From contig OZ316899.1 in the NCBI GenBank assembly GCA_973895155.1, positions 643,573 through 707,572 on the forward strand: a DNA stretch of 64,000 nucleotides, in the 5' to 3' direction. The position numbers and the translations under genes are program-made. Within the stretch, counting starts at the first letter, position 1; every line of letters begins with the position of its first letter. The notes under the pieces were generated by a model. It searched no databases, was not told the origin of the DNA, and saw nothing but the letters and a program-made list of their open reading frames with translations. This DNA is from Marsupella aquatica (lineage: Eukaryota > Plantae > Marchantiophyta). Below, in pieces: positions 44,340 through 56,739 of the stretch.

Positions 44340-47300
44340 CCTCACTCTTCATCATTCACTCCCCGTCTCATTCACTCCCCGTTATTCCTCACGCATCCTC
44401 GCTCTTCCTAGGTCCCCTCCGCTCTTCGTCCCAGTCTTCCAATCACGTTGGCTTTCCTCTCTTCCACTTATTCTCGGCAAGTGTGGCCGTGTGCCCTGGT
44501 TTGCGAAGGTGTTTTGAAGGCTTCACCTTGGCGGCGGTCGAGTCTCATAGTTTCAAGCTCTGTGCTGGTTGGCAAAGGTGATTTGAAGGTCTCAGTTTGG
44601 TTTGAGCTTGGCAGCGGTCGACTCTTGAAGTTTCAAGCTTTGTGCTGCAAAGGGTGATTTGAAGGTCTCAGTCGGCGGTGGTCGAATCACTCTCAGCGGG
44701 TTGTAGTTTCAAGCGCGGCGCTTCACCCATCTCTGAGGTTGGATCTTTTGTTCACTGCATGACTGTCTACACGATTTGAATGTATGTTGCAAGCTCGACA
44801 TGTCAAAAAAATTTCTCGGTGGGGCTTGCCGAGATGTATGGTTATTGTGAAGTAATTCTTGAATGTTTTCTCATGTAATCTTAGATCACAATGGTGAAGA
44901 GGAAAGACTCGGCTGGTTCTGTTGATAGTGGAACTTCTCAGCGGAGTAAGAAACAACGGTCTTTGTCCCCTTCGCCAGTGACATCTCGACTAACACGCTC
45001 ACAAGGTGGTCCCCTTGTGGAGTCAATGGACTCAAGGAGGAAGTTTGAGCCAAAGCAAATATCGTTCGAGCCAATTGGAGCAGCGGAATTAGCAGATATT
45101 GCAGAGAAGGGAGCTTGGGAGTCGATCGTCTCCAAGTATGAGATGAAGTTTGAAAAGGATCCTCCCCGGATCCCCTTATGCCGGCTCATGCCAATGGAGG
45201 CCGTCAGGAATCTTCATGATGAGTCAGTGGTCAAACTAAAAAAAGGATTCAGAGAGAGCGGCTATGTTGTAAAGCTCAGCGAGTTCCACATCACTGAGTT
45301 CAATGAAGTAGGGGAGACGAGGACAGTGGCAGAGTTCAAGCCCTATTGGGACTTGCTATGGACTGCAATCAATGAGCAGTTTGAGCAAGAGTGCGATGCG
45401 TCAGAGGACTTCAAAATGCTCAAGGATAAGATGTTTTGGGTTTTTGACGGAAACCATAGGTACACAGCTTGGTCTGCAGTTGCGGAGGAGTTTCCAGATC
45501 AACCGCAGTACCATCCGTGTGTCAGATTCTCTCTTTTGAACGCTGGAAAGGACGGATTCAAGAAGGTTGAGCAAGCAATGCACGCTCTGAACTCGTAAGT
45601 AACTCACATTTTGCAACAACAGGTATACAATATCGTTTCCCTTGTGTGAATACCCTATTGGCAATCTGTCAAAGATTGCCCTATTTGAATGTTAGACCTA
45701 AGAACATTCTTTGCCATGTCCAGGATAAGCGTGACTGTCGTGAGGACGTCATGGTTCAATGACGCCGATCGGGTGGCGAAGCTGTTGAACACTCCATTGG
45801 AGGAGTACAGTTCGCTTATGTCCAAGGAGACGCTAGAGGGTTTCCTCAAGGCTCGAAATCGTGGCCACGGGAAGACTTGGTACTCCAAGAACATGACAAA
45901 AGAGGCAGTTGTGTACATCATGAGCTGGTCAAACATTGAAGCGGGGCGAATCAATATTTCGAAGGAAATGGCACAAGACACAGGTCGTGGGCACCCGTGG
46001 AATGCCAAGAGACTTGAGCATGAGACTGAGGCAATGATTACTGCTGCGTGCAAGAGCTGGGACACTAAGTTCCCCAAGCTCGCGGCCTGTGTGAATCCAG
46101 CCAATGGTTTGGAATTCATCCCGGCATGTCGACAGCTCTATCACAAGTTGGCAAAGGAGGCCAAGCAGGGTGTCATGAATGTGCAGGTTGGATTGGACAG
46201 GATCCGCTTGTTTTCTAGGGCTTGGTTAACTGCAGAGTGCAGATTAAGACTCTTGAAGGCTCATTTTGGAACGGAGGAAGATAGGAGTAGGTATCACCAT
46301 CCACGTAGCAATAGTGATTCAGCGGTTAGATCATGGCTAGCAGTGTGGTCAATGTGGTGTTACATTGACTACGTTGGTTGTATCTTGTTGACCAATTTTG
46401 CTGAGAAGGCCTACCAGCCTGGCAATTTTAGCGGAACGCGAGAGGAATTTGCTGAGCTTTATAGAAAGCTTTACCGATCTTATGTGCAAGAGAAATCCTT
46501 AAAAGTAGGCGGTGACATTTGGAATGAAGGGAATACCAAATTGGCGTTTTGGGAAGCGTGGATTAAGCGAACAAAGCGGTGCGTGACAAGATTTCTCATA
46601 CATCAGGAGAACATGAATGCAACGATGTTGAAACAACTACCATTGGCGATTAGATCTTGGATGGAGGCTACAGGTAGCCTTAGCATGTATCCATGTGATG
46701 GTCGCATGCCTCATGGCAGAGTATTCTCGGATTGGGAATGGAGGAACTGCCCATGGTACATGGAGTATGACAATTGGAACACTTTTCTCGAGGTTGCCGA
46801 GAAGGATAGTGCAGACCTGCTCAAAGAAGCACAGGAACCTAGTAATTACTATGATATAACAAAGTTGCGACAACTGTCAGATTCAGTAACGGAGGCAACA
46901 GAGGTGGAGACCCTTATCCCAACTGACCATGCCTATGACGAGAAGAAGGCCAGAAAAGAAGGTGAACGGAAGGTTGAGAAGGAACCATCAAGCGACATCA
47001 GTCAGTCTAACTCGCTAACCAGTCCAAGAAAAACATCAGGTATTACTCGATTCCTTTCGCACTGCATAGTGGTTTCATTTGGAACTACATCTTGGCTGGG
47101 TTTGCTAACATAGTACTAAACCAATTTTGGGGTCGTTGAGATAGACTGCATCTCATCTCGGCGAGGCTCGCTGAGAACAAACAAGTTCCAGTCGCATCTC
47201 GTCCGAACCCTTGGATCTCATCTCGGTGAGGCTCGCTGAGAAGAACAGCCAAATGTCGTCCGGACCTTTGCAGATGAAGTATAATGTCAAGTGTCTGGAT

Positions 47301-48369
47301 GTCATGTCGGCGAGGCTTGCGGAGAAGCTTAGGATCAATAACCCCATTGCTTTGCAATCTATCCAGGTATGATGGAGATACCGGAGGAACCAGGTTCTGT
47401 AAAAAGCAAGGCTGTAGAAGTGGCTTCAAAGCCAATTATAGAGAAGGCTCCACAACCAACAATAGAGTCGGCTACAGAACCAACTGCAGAACCAATGATA
47501 GAGCCGGCTACACTACAATAAGGCAACCAGCAAGTGGAGCAACAAAGCGTGCAGCCTTCAACAGAGCCAATGGTAGACCAGCCTCTGGACCAACAAAGCG
47601 AGCAGGAACAAGAGCATGACGCATCCCAGGGAGAGAACGCAACCCAAGGAGGGGATCATTCAGACGACATACGGGTAGATAATGAAGGAGAAGATGAACG
47701 GGTAGAGGACGAAGGAGAAGACGAACAAGAGGGGCGTGAGTCTGATACTCCGGCGCCGAAATGGATGCCATTATCCTCAAGGCCAAAGACAAAGGCTGCA
47801 AAAAAGACCAAAACAACGAGGCCCAAACCTCGCCGCGCAAAAGCACGTGACACTGAGCTTGAAGACATTCCGCCCAGCCCCATAGAGCAACCCCCGCCTA
47901 GCACCATACCACAACCCCCGCCCAGCCCAATAGAGGTTCCGCCCACGACAATCCAACATGAGGCCCCAACGGATGGCCCAAATTATGAAGAGGACGTTGA
48001 AGGCGAACCGGAGTCGGATGGCACAGAGGTGGTTGGAGTTCGGCGTTCAAGCGCCGATAACTTTTCTTCCCCGCTCAGGCGTTGTTATTTTAAATGGTCT
48101 CCGTATCTTTTCAAAACTTACTTTGACGCTGCCAATGACAGTAAAGAACCGGCTGTGGTACTCCGTTTTAGAGACTGGTGCAGAAAGCTTAGGCGGGGTG
48201 GTTTGGCTGCAGAAGGCTGGCTAAAGAACGGGAAGCCTGCAAGGTCTGGTGCAAATCTGATTCTGATTCAAATGGGATCAGACACCCGCATGCACGCGGA
48301 TGGGAACATCCCATTGTGGAATTTGTTCCGGCCAGACGACCTCAGTCGGGTTGAGGATTTTGTGCAAGT

Positions 48370-50829
48370 TGTGACGCCAATGACGTGGTCCTTATTTTGT
48401 AATCTGATTAAGTAGGTTGCTGTATGCAAGGAGTAGCTATTGATATTGCATAACAATTAGCAAGATGGCAAGAATAAGGGCAATCATGGCGTTAAGAGTA
48501 GGGAAATAAAAGCTATGTCGCGGGTGGTCGACGACCATATCTCTTTCAATATGTCACCAAATCCGGATCTGTAAAGAGCATTGGAAAGATCTGGTCAAGG
48601 CGAGTAAAATCGATATAAAACACTCGGGAAACGGAGGTGTATTAAGAGAGATACGGCCTGATTAGTGTGACGGGTTAACTTATGGCCGGAATTAGCGGAT
48701 TCGGCTTCAGTTTCGGGTTAACCCAAGCTCGACCACGGCTTAGCTTATGTGAGCACGGCTTCAGCTTAGCTCAGGTCAGCACGGCTTCAGCTTAGCTTAG
48801 GTAAGCACGGCTTCAGCTTAGCTCAGGTAAGAACGGCTTCAGCTTAGCTCAGGTCAACACGGCTTCAGCTTAGCTCAGGTCAACACGGCTTCAGCTTAGC
48901 TCAGGTCAGCGCGGCCTCAGGTTAGCATAGGTAAGCTCGGATTCGGGCTCAGCTTAGGCTAGGTTAGCGGATAGCGGATAGCGGATAGCAGCCTAACCCG
49001 AGACCACGGGTTAGCTCTACTCGGGTTAGATAGGATAGCTAGGTTAGCCAAATTCGGGTTAGCTATGTAACTCGGGTTAGCGCAGCAGTGAGTACCCCCT
49101 CTCGGTTGCGGGGGCATAACTCTCTGTGTATTTGACCAAATCGGCTATAATTGACCTCGTTGGAAAGAGGAGCTCAAGCCGCTTCCAACGCTGCTATCCA
49201 CGCAGAAAATGGTTAAATAGAGAAATCGGGAGAGGAGGCGCAAGCTCGCGAAAACTATGGAGGAGGGCCGAATCCGAAGTACATAGCCAATTCGAGATAG
49301 AAATAAAGTTGCGAGTTAGGGTTCAGTAGTTAGAGATAGTGGCGGCTCTGTTAGGGCTGGGATGGGGCTCCAGCAGCGTAGTATCCACCCATTTGGGCTC
49401 AGTATGAGAGTATATAGAGCAGCCCCCGGTAGAGGCAAGGGGGGGGGGGGACTTCAGTTGTGTGATCTCACTTAGACTGAGCAGCGGGGAGGAGCTCTGT
49501 GCAAGCAAGGCTGGACTTGGACGCTGCGTGTTGGGGAGAGCTTGGTTGTGCTATTACTCAGGGAGTAATCAGCCAAGCTTCACAGCAACGGGTTGCTAGG
49601 TTTGCGAGCTGGATTGTGGCTCTTTCTAGTGGGCAGCACAACTGGGTTCTTTTCCCCCGATACAGAGCCTTGGTGATAGGTGATGTATTGGTGATTGTAA
49701 ACTGTGGGGAGGATTTCAATTCGATTTGCGGTGGGCACATTAGGGAGGCTGAGGTACTGATTAAGGGGCAGCAGGAGGAGCATTTACAGTTCAGTCTGGC
49801 AAGGCTACGTGATCCATGGGGAGTCCCGGCCTTTGTCTGGTGGAGAGCACTAAGGGATCTATGGCCAGAGCTGAGCTTGCAGGGCAAGCATGAGGCCGGG
49901 CCTCATTGCAGTCTGGGGTAGATCGCCGTTAGGCCTAGTACCAGCTTTGAAGTCGAGTCAACTATGCATGCGTAACTTGACGTTCTGAATTGGAGGTGTG
50001 AGATCTGTATGTGCCCCCAAGAATGAAGTGCAGTGAAGGAGGTTGAGTTCAGGATTGAGTTTGCAAGGCAAGTACGGGATTGGTTCGAGTCCAATCTGCC
50101 GTCGCAATCTGGAGTGAGCCGGGCTCAGGTTCAGGATTGAGCTTGCATGGCAAGCACGGGGCTTGCAGGGCAAGCACGTCACAATCTGGAGGAGACAGCC
50201 TTCGGCCCTAGTATTCGGATCAAGTGTTCTCAGTGAACTATTGTGCACATCTTTGAATCTAATTGAGTTTTCCTCTCAGGCCTCATTTCTCTCATGGATG
50301 TGTGTGTGTGTGAGGCAATTTGAGTGTATGATGGAACTAGCAGCGCCACTGAGAGGTGTACCGGGTGCATTGAAGCGGGCTGGGTGAGGACTGTCATAGC
50401 TCTGATTGTTGAGAGTGGAATGGCAGAGTGGTGGGGCAATGGCTTAGAAGTCCCTAAGCCGGGAATCAGTCAGGAGTCACTGGTTTATGGGTACATTCCG
50501 GCGGCGGAATAGAAACATACCTATGACAGTAAGCATATGTATAGACCTATTGCGCACCGTAGTGCTAGGCCCTGTGTGTACGGGCCCGATATGAAGACCC
50601 CTTCTCACCAGAACTATCATGAGTGCAGATCTGATCCCCAACCTTGGTTCCTTGGGATTGAGCTTGGGTGATGTGTGATAGAGTCTTGCTATGATAGTCT
50701 GGTGTTAAGGGCATAAACTGGTGTTTATCGGCATTCACAACATCCCTTCGTGATCCTCAGGTACAAGGAGATGGTTTTGGCACCCATAGTGACGTTTTTG
50801 GTGTTAAGACCCATGTCAATCGCGTGACA
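48370..50829. mobile_element. 2460-bp solo-LTR-like insertion
   Basis: Termini TGTGACGC...GCGTGACA; TSD CAAGT (48365-48369 and 50830-50834); excising it restores the host ORF. Confidence 0.9.
48752..48930. repeat. Tandem array of a 26-bp unit (about 7 copies)
   Basis: agcacggcttcagcttagctcaggtc at 48752, 48778, 48804 and onwards. Confidence 0.92.
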
Positions 50830-51606
50830 CAAGTTTTCCTCGATGATGAGGGATTGTTTGGCATAGTGCACAGTGCTTCGGTTGCCCACTCCGTAGTACT
50901 TTGTGACAGTCTCAATTACGAAGAGACCAATTGGGTGCTGAAAGACACCTTTTTCATCTGGAACGCCACACCCACCTTCGACTTCACGACTCGAAAGCGG
51001 GTAAGTCTAATAGATTTAACTCCATTCTTGTCTTATGTTCTTTCGGTGACTTGTACTCAGAAAGACTCATCACTGACTTTGTTCTGTACGTCCAGAGTGA
51101 ATATCTCAAGCTGGACCTTTGGGGATTTAAATCGTCTGCCGAGGTATGCCCAAAGGATGACGTGAAGCCAATCAGTGTCGAGCTTGATATGAAGTTGAGG
51201 AACGGGCTAACTAACTATACAACGGGTCAGAATGAGACCATTGATGATTTTGGTGGCACCTTGTCTCCAGCTACACTCCAATGTATAATAGAATATACAA
51301 CTAAGCCAGGGGGAACTGTGGTCACGTTCAATGCACACTTCGGGGCTATCTTTAAGGCTGGTGAGAACTGTGGGCGGATGGTCTTTGGGACCGAATCCTA
51401 TCCGTACTTCAAATCTTATGCGGAAGACACGATGACAGAGTTCGTTGGAGTGCCTCTAACGGAGCAAGAGGAGGCAGTGGATCGTCGAAAATCCAATCCA
51501 GAAAAGCGCAAGAAGAAAAAGCCTTCATGTGAGTTTACTACCGTTTCCCTTCAATGATTTTAATATTGTCCCATAGTATTTCAGCGGACTCTCCGAGATG
51601 GCTCTC

Positions 51607-54600
51607 TGTGATGCCTAGCCAGGAATCACTCGGCCAGTTAAGTGGGTAAAGCAGGAGTGCACCCTAGAAACACCTTAGTATAGGGACTAAACAAGGAAAA
51701 TATAAACAATTAGGGGCGACTAGGAACCCGGGCCGAGGCCAGAGGTAAGGACGCTGGGGGTGAAAACTCGATTAGGGTTAGGGCACGTTAAGCGTCGGCG
51801 GCTAGGAAGGATTAACGGGAGGAAGGACCGGAAGAGGAGAGGGGTAAGGAGCGCTTGCAGGAGATGGTGGCTCATTTGCAAGCACAAACTAGGTAGACAA
51901 CTACGGGAGGCCAACTACTGTCAGCTGCTTAGGCAAGCACTCGGGGAGAGAGTAGATACCGACGATCGACCTAAGGAGGGTATGAGCAACGTCAATCAAG
52001 CGGCACATTTCTGGGGATGCCTGTTCGAACGGGCAACTGAGTACATCAAGACTTACGAGGACGAAGAATCAGAAAGGGCAGCTCGAGAATGGCAGGAGCT
52101 CGCTCGATTGTGGGAGCTGCAGAAGACGGCTTTCTTAGGAGGCAAACTCATCAAGGTCGAGTTCTTGTGGACTCCTACTTCCAATCAGCTCGACGATCTT
52201 CTGTTTTGCGAAGACAGAATCATCGGCATTCGAGAGGCCATCAAGAACTGCAACGACATACACTGGGAATTGAAGGGTAGCACGGAAAGGTGGACCCCGG
52301 CAACGATGCTAGGAGAAACCTCCAAGGCAGCCGAGATGAAGAGGAAGGGAGCCGTCAACGATGAAGCCACCCCGGCAAAAAGAACGAGGTCAGCGGCACC
52401 AAAGAAGCCAGCCGAGCAGCAGAGCAGGAGGCAAGGAGAAGCCGAAGAGGAGGAGGTCGATCCCATTAATGCCATTCCAACCAGGGATGGCACCTGGAAA
52501 GGCTGGGCGGCAACCCTACCAGCGGAGGTGCAACTACATTTTGCACGGGAGGAGGATGCATGCTTTACGGCCATGCAGACCAAGAAGTACCAAGGCTTCA
52601 TGGCCGGATCCGGCTTAGAGGCCTTTGTAAGATTACCATGGCTGAAGCCGGAGGTACCGGATTCAGACCTATTAGAATTCGTGGGGTCATGGGAACCCGA
52701 GACCAATTGCACAAGGATATATGGGAAGGATTTCTATCTTACTCCCAAGGTGATTGCCGAAGTGTTTGGCTTGCCGATAGGCAATAAGACCAAAGTTGAT
52801 ACCAGAAAGACCTTGCCTGACAAGGAGTTCCGATCGTTCCCCGGGCCATCAACGAAGAATGGCTTCTTCCGGAACACCTGCACCAACCCGCACATAGGAG
52901 AGATGATCGACTTCTTGCAGGTGACCATGCATTGTAACTTGCCGAGGGCAGAGATCGGCAAGGCACAGGTCTATCTGGCAGAGAGGCCAGACCCAAGCCG
53001 GGACTACAACGGGTACCTCCTCAACCAATTGAAGAAGATCTTAAAGGAGAAGCAGCAGGTAATCGGCATGGGGAGCGTGTCGCGGCTTGGCTATCACATG
53101 CCGCTATTGTGCCGGTATGCCAGAGGTCAGACCTTTGCCCCAGTACTTCCCCTGCAGGTAAGGGCACCCGAGGAAGCTCCAGCACCGAGGCCGGTAGCAG
53201 AGAAGCCTCAACCACCTGATAGCCCTACGATTGAGCAAGTGTTCAGGCCAAGGAAGGAAGACTTGCCGATGCAGCAACCAAGCATGCAGAATCTGCTGAA
53301 AATGCTGGAGAAGGAAAAGACGGCACTGGCACCAGCTTCGGCAGTGGCACCAATATAGGACACTGCCCCAGAGGTCAACCTAAGCAGACTTAGAAGGGAA
53401 AACCCCTTTACCGGAAATAAGGAGAGAATCAAGCCAGAATCCAAGCCGGGTGTTTGAATATACGTGGGAGTCTCAAGCTCTAAATCTGAGGCAGAATTGC
53501 CTGAAGCTCCTATCGGCGAAGACGAGAGGGAGAAGCCGGAAGTTCAAGGGTTGGAGGAGGCAGTGGAGGACTGCAGCCATGATAACTCGGGCTATGGGTC
53601 GGACCATCACGTTCCAGGAGTAAGGACCTGTGGCCGGTTTATCCCCACACTTCCAAGGGTAGTACGAGGGGACCCCAACCAGCAGAGTAGCCCTGAGTCT
53701 CCCCCACCTGATGTTGCTCCCCCGAGCTTTGACGGCATAAAACAGACGGCGCAGGAATTTCAGGAGCGAATCAGGCAGGAAGAGGAGGCAGCCCTGGCTA
53801 GGGAAAAGGATTTGCCAGGAGGAGATTGGCCGGAGGACATCAAGCGGCTAGCCGAAAAAGGAAGCAAACCTCTAGCCATGATTGAAGAGATCTGCAAGAC
53901 GGCTTGGGAGCAGAGGCCGCGATGGGCAATGCCGATCACTTCTACTTACTCCACCTACGCTAAGAATAGAGCCATGGAGTATGGTGAGATGTGTGGGGAA
54001 CTTGCGCTTGGCATCTTTGGGGAGGAGTTGGAGGTAGGACCCTTTTTCCATAGGGAGCAGTTGGAGAAGCACCAATTAGAAGAAGCGGTGGCTTTAGAGA
54101 GAACCAAGAAGGACGAGGTCATCCGGCGGCTTAGGAGGATGGAAGCCGAAATTGAAGATCTAAGGGCGGCCAAGAAAGCCCAAGATGAACTGCGGATTAA
54201 GCGGCATGAGCTGAACATCATGCAGGGGCAGTTGGACACAGCGCAAGCTGATAGTCAGATTATCAAGGATAAACTAACTCACACCCAGGGAGAATTGGCC
54301 GACGCAATCAAGGACAGGGAGAAATGGAAGAAGGAGGTGAGAGACGCAGAGGAGGCCCATATAGCAGTCAACAACCGGGTCACGGCGGAGACTCAGAGAA
54401 GGGAGAGGGCGCTGAAGGGAGAGCTCGAGGTCATCCGCAGAGCCCTTGAGCAGAAGGAGGCCGAGTTAGGGAAATCCTATCAAGGGATTATTGCGCTACA
54501 GCAGGAGCTTGCGTCCCTGACGGCCAGCTTCAAGGCCGACCTGCGGGAGAAGGACGCCCAGCTCAACCAGACTTATGCCAAGATGAATAACATGGAGTCT

Positions 54601-56284
54601 GAGGTCGTAGCGGAGCTCGACAAGGAGCTAAGAGCAACCCAGGAGGAGAGGGCTACCACCAAGAAGGAATTGAAGGAAGCCCACAGGGAATTGGAGGAAG
54701 CCAAAAACAAGCTGGAGGAGGCACGTAAGGACCTGGATGAGACCCAGGAGGAGTTGGAGGAAAACACGAGGAAGATGGAGAACCTACAGCGGCGGGCCGA
54801 CAACCAAACTGAGCGGCTGAAGAAACAAGCCGCAGTATTTAAATGCTTAGCTGCATCAGGTCCATCTCCCGTTGGGGCAAACCAGTTACCAGGGGTGGTA
54901 ATTGCCGAAGGACCAGCCGTGACACACGGCCCGGTGCCGGACGTTGGCGGCAAAGGGAAGGAACCGGCTGTGGAGATAGTGAAGAAGAAGAAGCGGAAAC
55001 CTTCGGGGTCCGGAGGTTATTCGACCCCTCAAGCCATACTCAAACCGACACCAACCTCCGACATGAACACGGCAATAGATTCTGCTATCACCAAAGTTGC
55101 GGATGACGTGGCCCAAGCCGAACTACTCAGTAATGAGGCCGGTATCTCAGATCCACCTCTTGAGCAGGCTGGGGAGACAGTGGCCGAAGCTGAGGCCGTA
55201 GCCAAGAATGATTCCCGAGCCAATGCCGAAGCCGAGGGTGGGCCCAGTCAGGCCGATGAAAAGTTGACTCGGTCAGAGGCAGGTAATCTGTCAGAGGACG
55301 GACCTACGGCAGTGGCTGAGGAGGAAGCGTTGGGGGCGTCCATTGAGGATCCACCACCGGTGTCGTGACGATGCAAGGGCACCGTTCCTTTTAGGAAGGG
55401 CGGACGTGGAGGTAGGAGGCGTGAGTGGGCAGGGCGGGCGCTGATCTCCAAGTTTAGGATTAGGATCAGGACCAGGAGGCGGCCCTGACACTTAGCTTAG
55501 TGGAATTGCGGTTCCACTGGCAGGAGCAACACTTGTGCTCCTTCCTTGCTGTACATAGGTAGATTCGGGCAGGTAGATTACTGTTAGGTAGGTTAGGCTT
55601 ACGCTGCAAAGAATTAGGCGGATCCACTACCAGGATAAGTACCTGGGCAGCGGGGAGCTCAGGGCCTCTTCTTTAGCAAGTTTTTAGTTTGCACCAGCCG
55701 GGCTGGGATCAAGTAGTAAGAGAAGCTCTCGGTTAGTCATACCGTGACCTTGTGTATATTCATGTTTCCTCATGCCTAAGAGCTGAATAGAGTTGGTCTC
55801 ACGGCTTAGTTCGCAAAACTTGTGTATGAGATGTACTGTTTGTATGGCAAGTGCATGGTATGACTCAATCAGAAGGAGTCATTTTGCTATTTGTGTGTCG
55901 CATTAACTTGTGTGAAGAGTGCCCACATCAACCAGAAGGAAGAAAGTAAGCAAGGGAGTGAGAGTTGGATGTGTCGAGCTGAGAGAGGTCTTAGCGGCTT
56001 AACCAAGCCTATTGGGGATCATTCCGGCGGCGGAATCCAAACATACCTAACCAGAAGGAGAGGAAGACAAGGGAAGGCCTAGATTAGGCCGGCTACGTAT
56101 CTCATGACCCGATGAAGGATCTGTCCAGTATATGTGTGTAAAAGGCTAATAGTAATAGTAGAAGGAGGTTAGCAGCGTCCCATGCCGCTAAGCCGCGGAA
56201 ACGGCCTCGCCAAGCGTGAAACCTGCGGGAATCGGCTTGAGCTGGGGGGTTTCTTGGGTTTAGGGAGCCATGGGATGCACCACA
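51607..56284 (+). mobile_element. 4678-bp solo-LTR-like insertion, copy 2, with an internal ORF
   Basis: Termini TGTGATGC...GCACCACA; TSD CTCTC (51602-51606 and 56285-56289). Confidence 0.88.
51760..55368 (+). pseudogene. Insert-encoded protein, copy 2 (one frame of about 1200 codons with two stops)
   Basis: ORFs 51760-53358 and 53464-55368 share a frame; TAG at 53356 and TGA at 53458 correspond to sense codons in copy 1. Confidence 0.75.
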
Positions 56285-56739
56285 CTCTCCATCTAGGCAA
56301 ATCCATCTCGGCTGACCTCTCCGAGATGCATGTCGGCCGGCCTAGCCGAGAGGATCGCATCTGGCCGGGGCACTTTGAGATTTGCTGGAAAGTCCCTCTC
56401 AGCTGGCCTCTCCGAGATGCATGTCGGCGGGCCTCGCCGAGAGGAATCGCATCTGGCCTGGGCATATTCAGATTTCCAGGCAAGTCCATCTCAGCGGGCC
56501 TCTCTGAGATGCATGTCGGCGGGCCTCGCCCAGATGAATCCCGGGTGGCCTGGCCACGTCAACTTCTACTGGCAAGTCCACGTAGGGCCTTAGATGCGTC
56601 TGGAGGGACAAAAATACATCTTGGCTAGCCTCTCTGAGATCTATCTCAAAAGGCGACTCAATGGATTATCTGGGGTGTCCACATCGGCTCACTTGCCTCA
56701 CCAATTCGTTCTTGTGATCCGTCTATTTCGGCGCAATAC

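Larger units (their letters stand above)
44891..51557 (+). pseudogene. Multi-exon gene: ParB/Srx-like N-terminal domain, helical middle, acidic/Pro linker, beta-class N4C/N6A methyltransferase-like C-terminal domain
   Basis: RIPLCRLMP..VRN..L...F..SGY and WVFDGNHR; in-frame intron 45595-45723; removing insert 48370-50829 fuses EDFVQV|FLDDEGLF in frame; C-terminus LQCIIEYTTKPGGTVVTFNAHFGAIFKAGENCGRMVFGTE. Confidence 0.7.

Noticed and set aside
48752-48930. 26-bp periodic array as CRISPR or telomeric repeat
   Set aside because: It is a simple tandem repeat with no spacers inside an LTR-like insert and is not TTTAGGG-based.
49499-49921. 140-aa ORF as a missing exon of the ParB/MTase-like gene
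   Set aside because: It lies inside the TSD-bounded insert; the flanking exon halves join in frame without it.
36409-56284. 4.7-kb inverted repeats as the TIRs of a Polinton/Maverick-like or foldback giant element
   Set aside because: Each copy has its own TG...CA ends and its own 5-bp TSD (ACAGG, CTCTC), the left copy interrupts a transposase ORF that reads through once it is removed, and no polymerase B or capsid gene lies between them.
56182-56628. 148-aa ORF spanning the end of the 4.7-kb insert
   Set aside because: It crosses the insertion junction and then runs through motif repeats, so it is an accidental frame.
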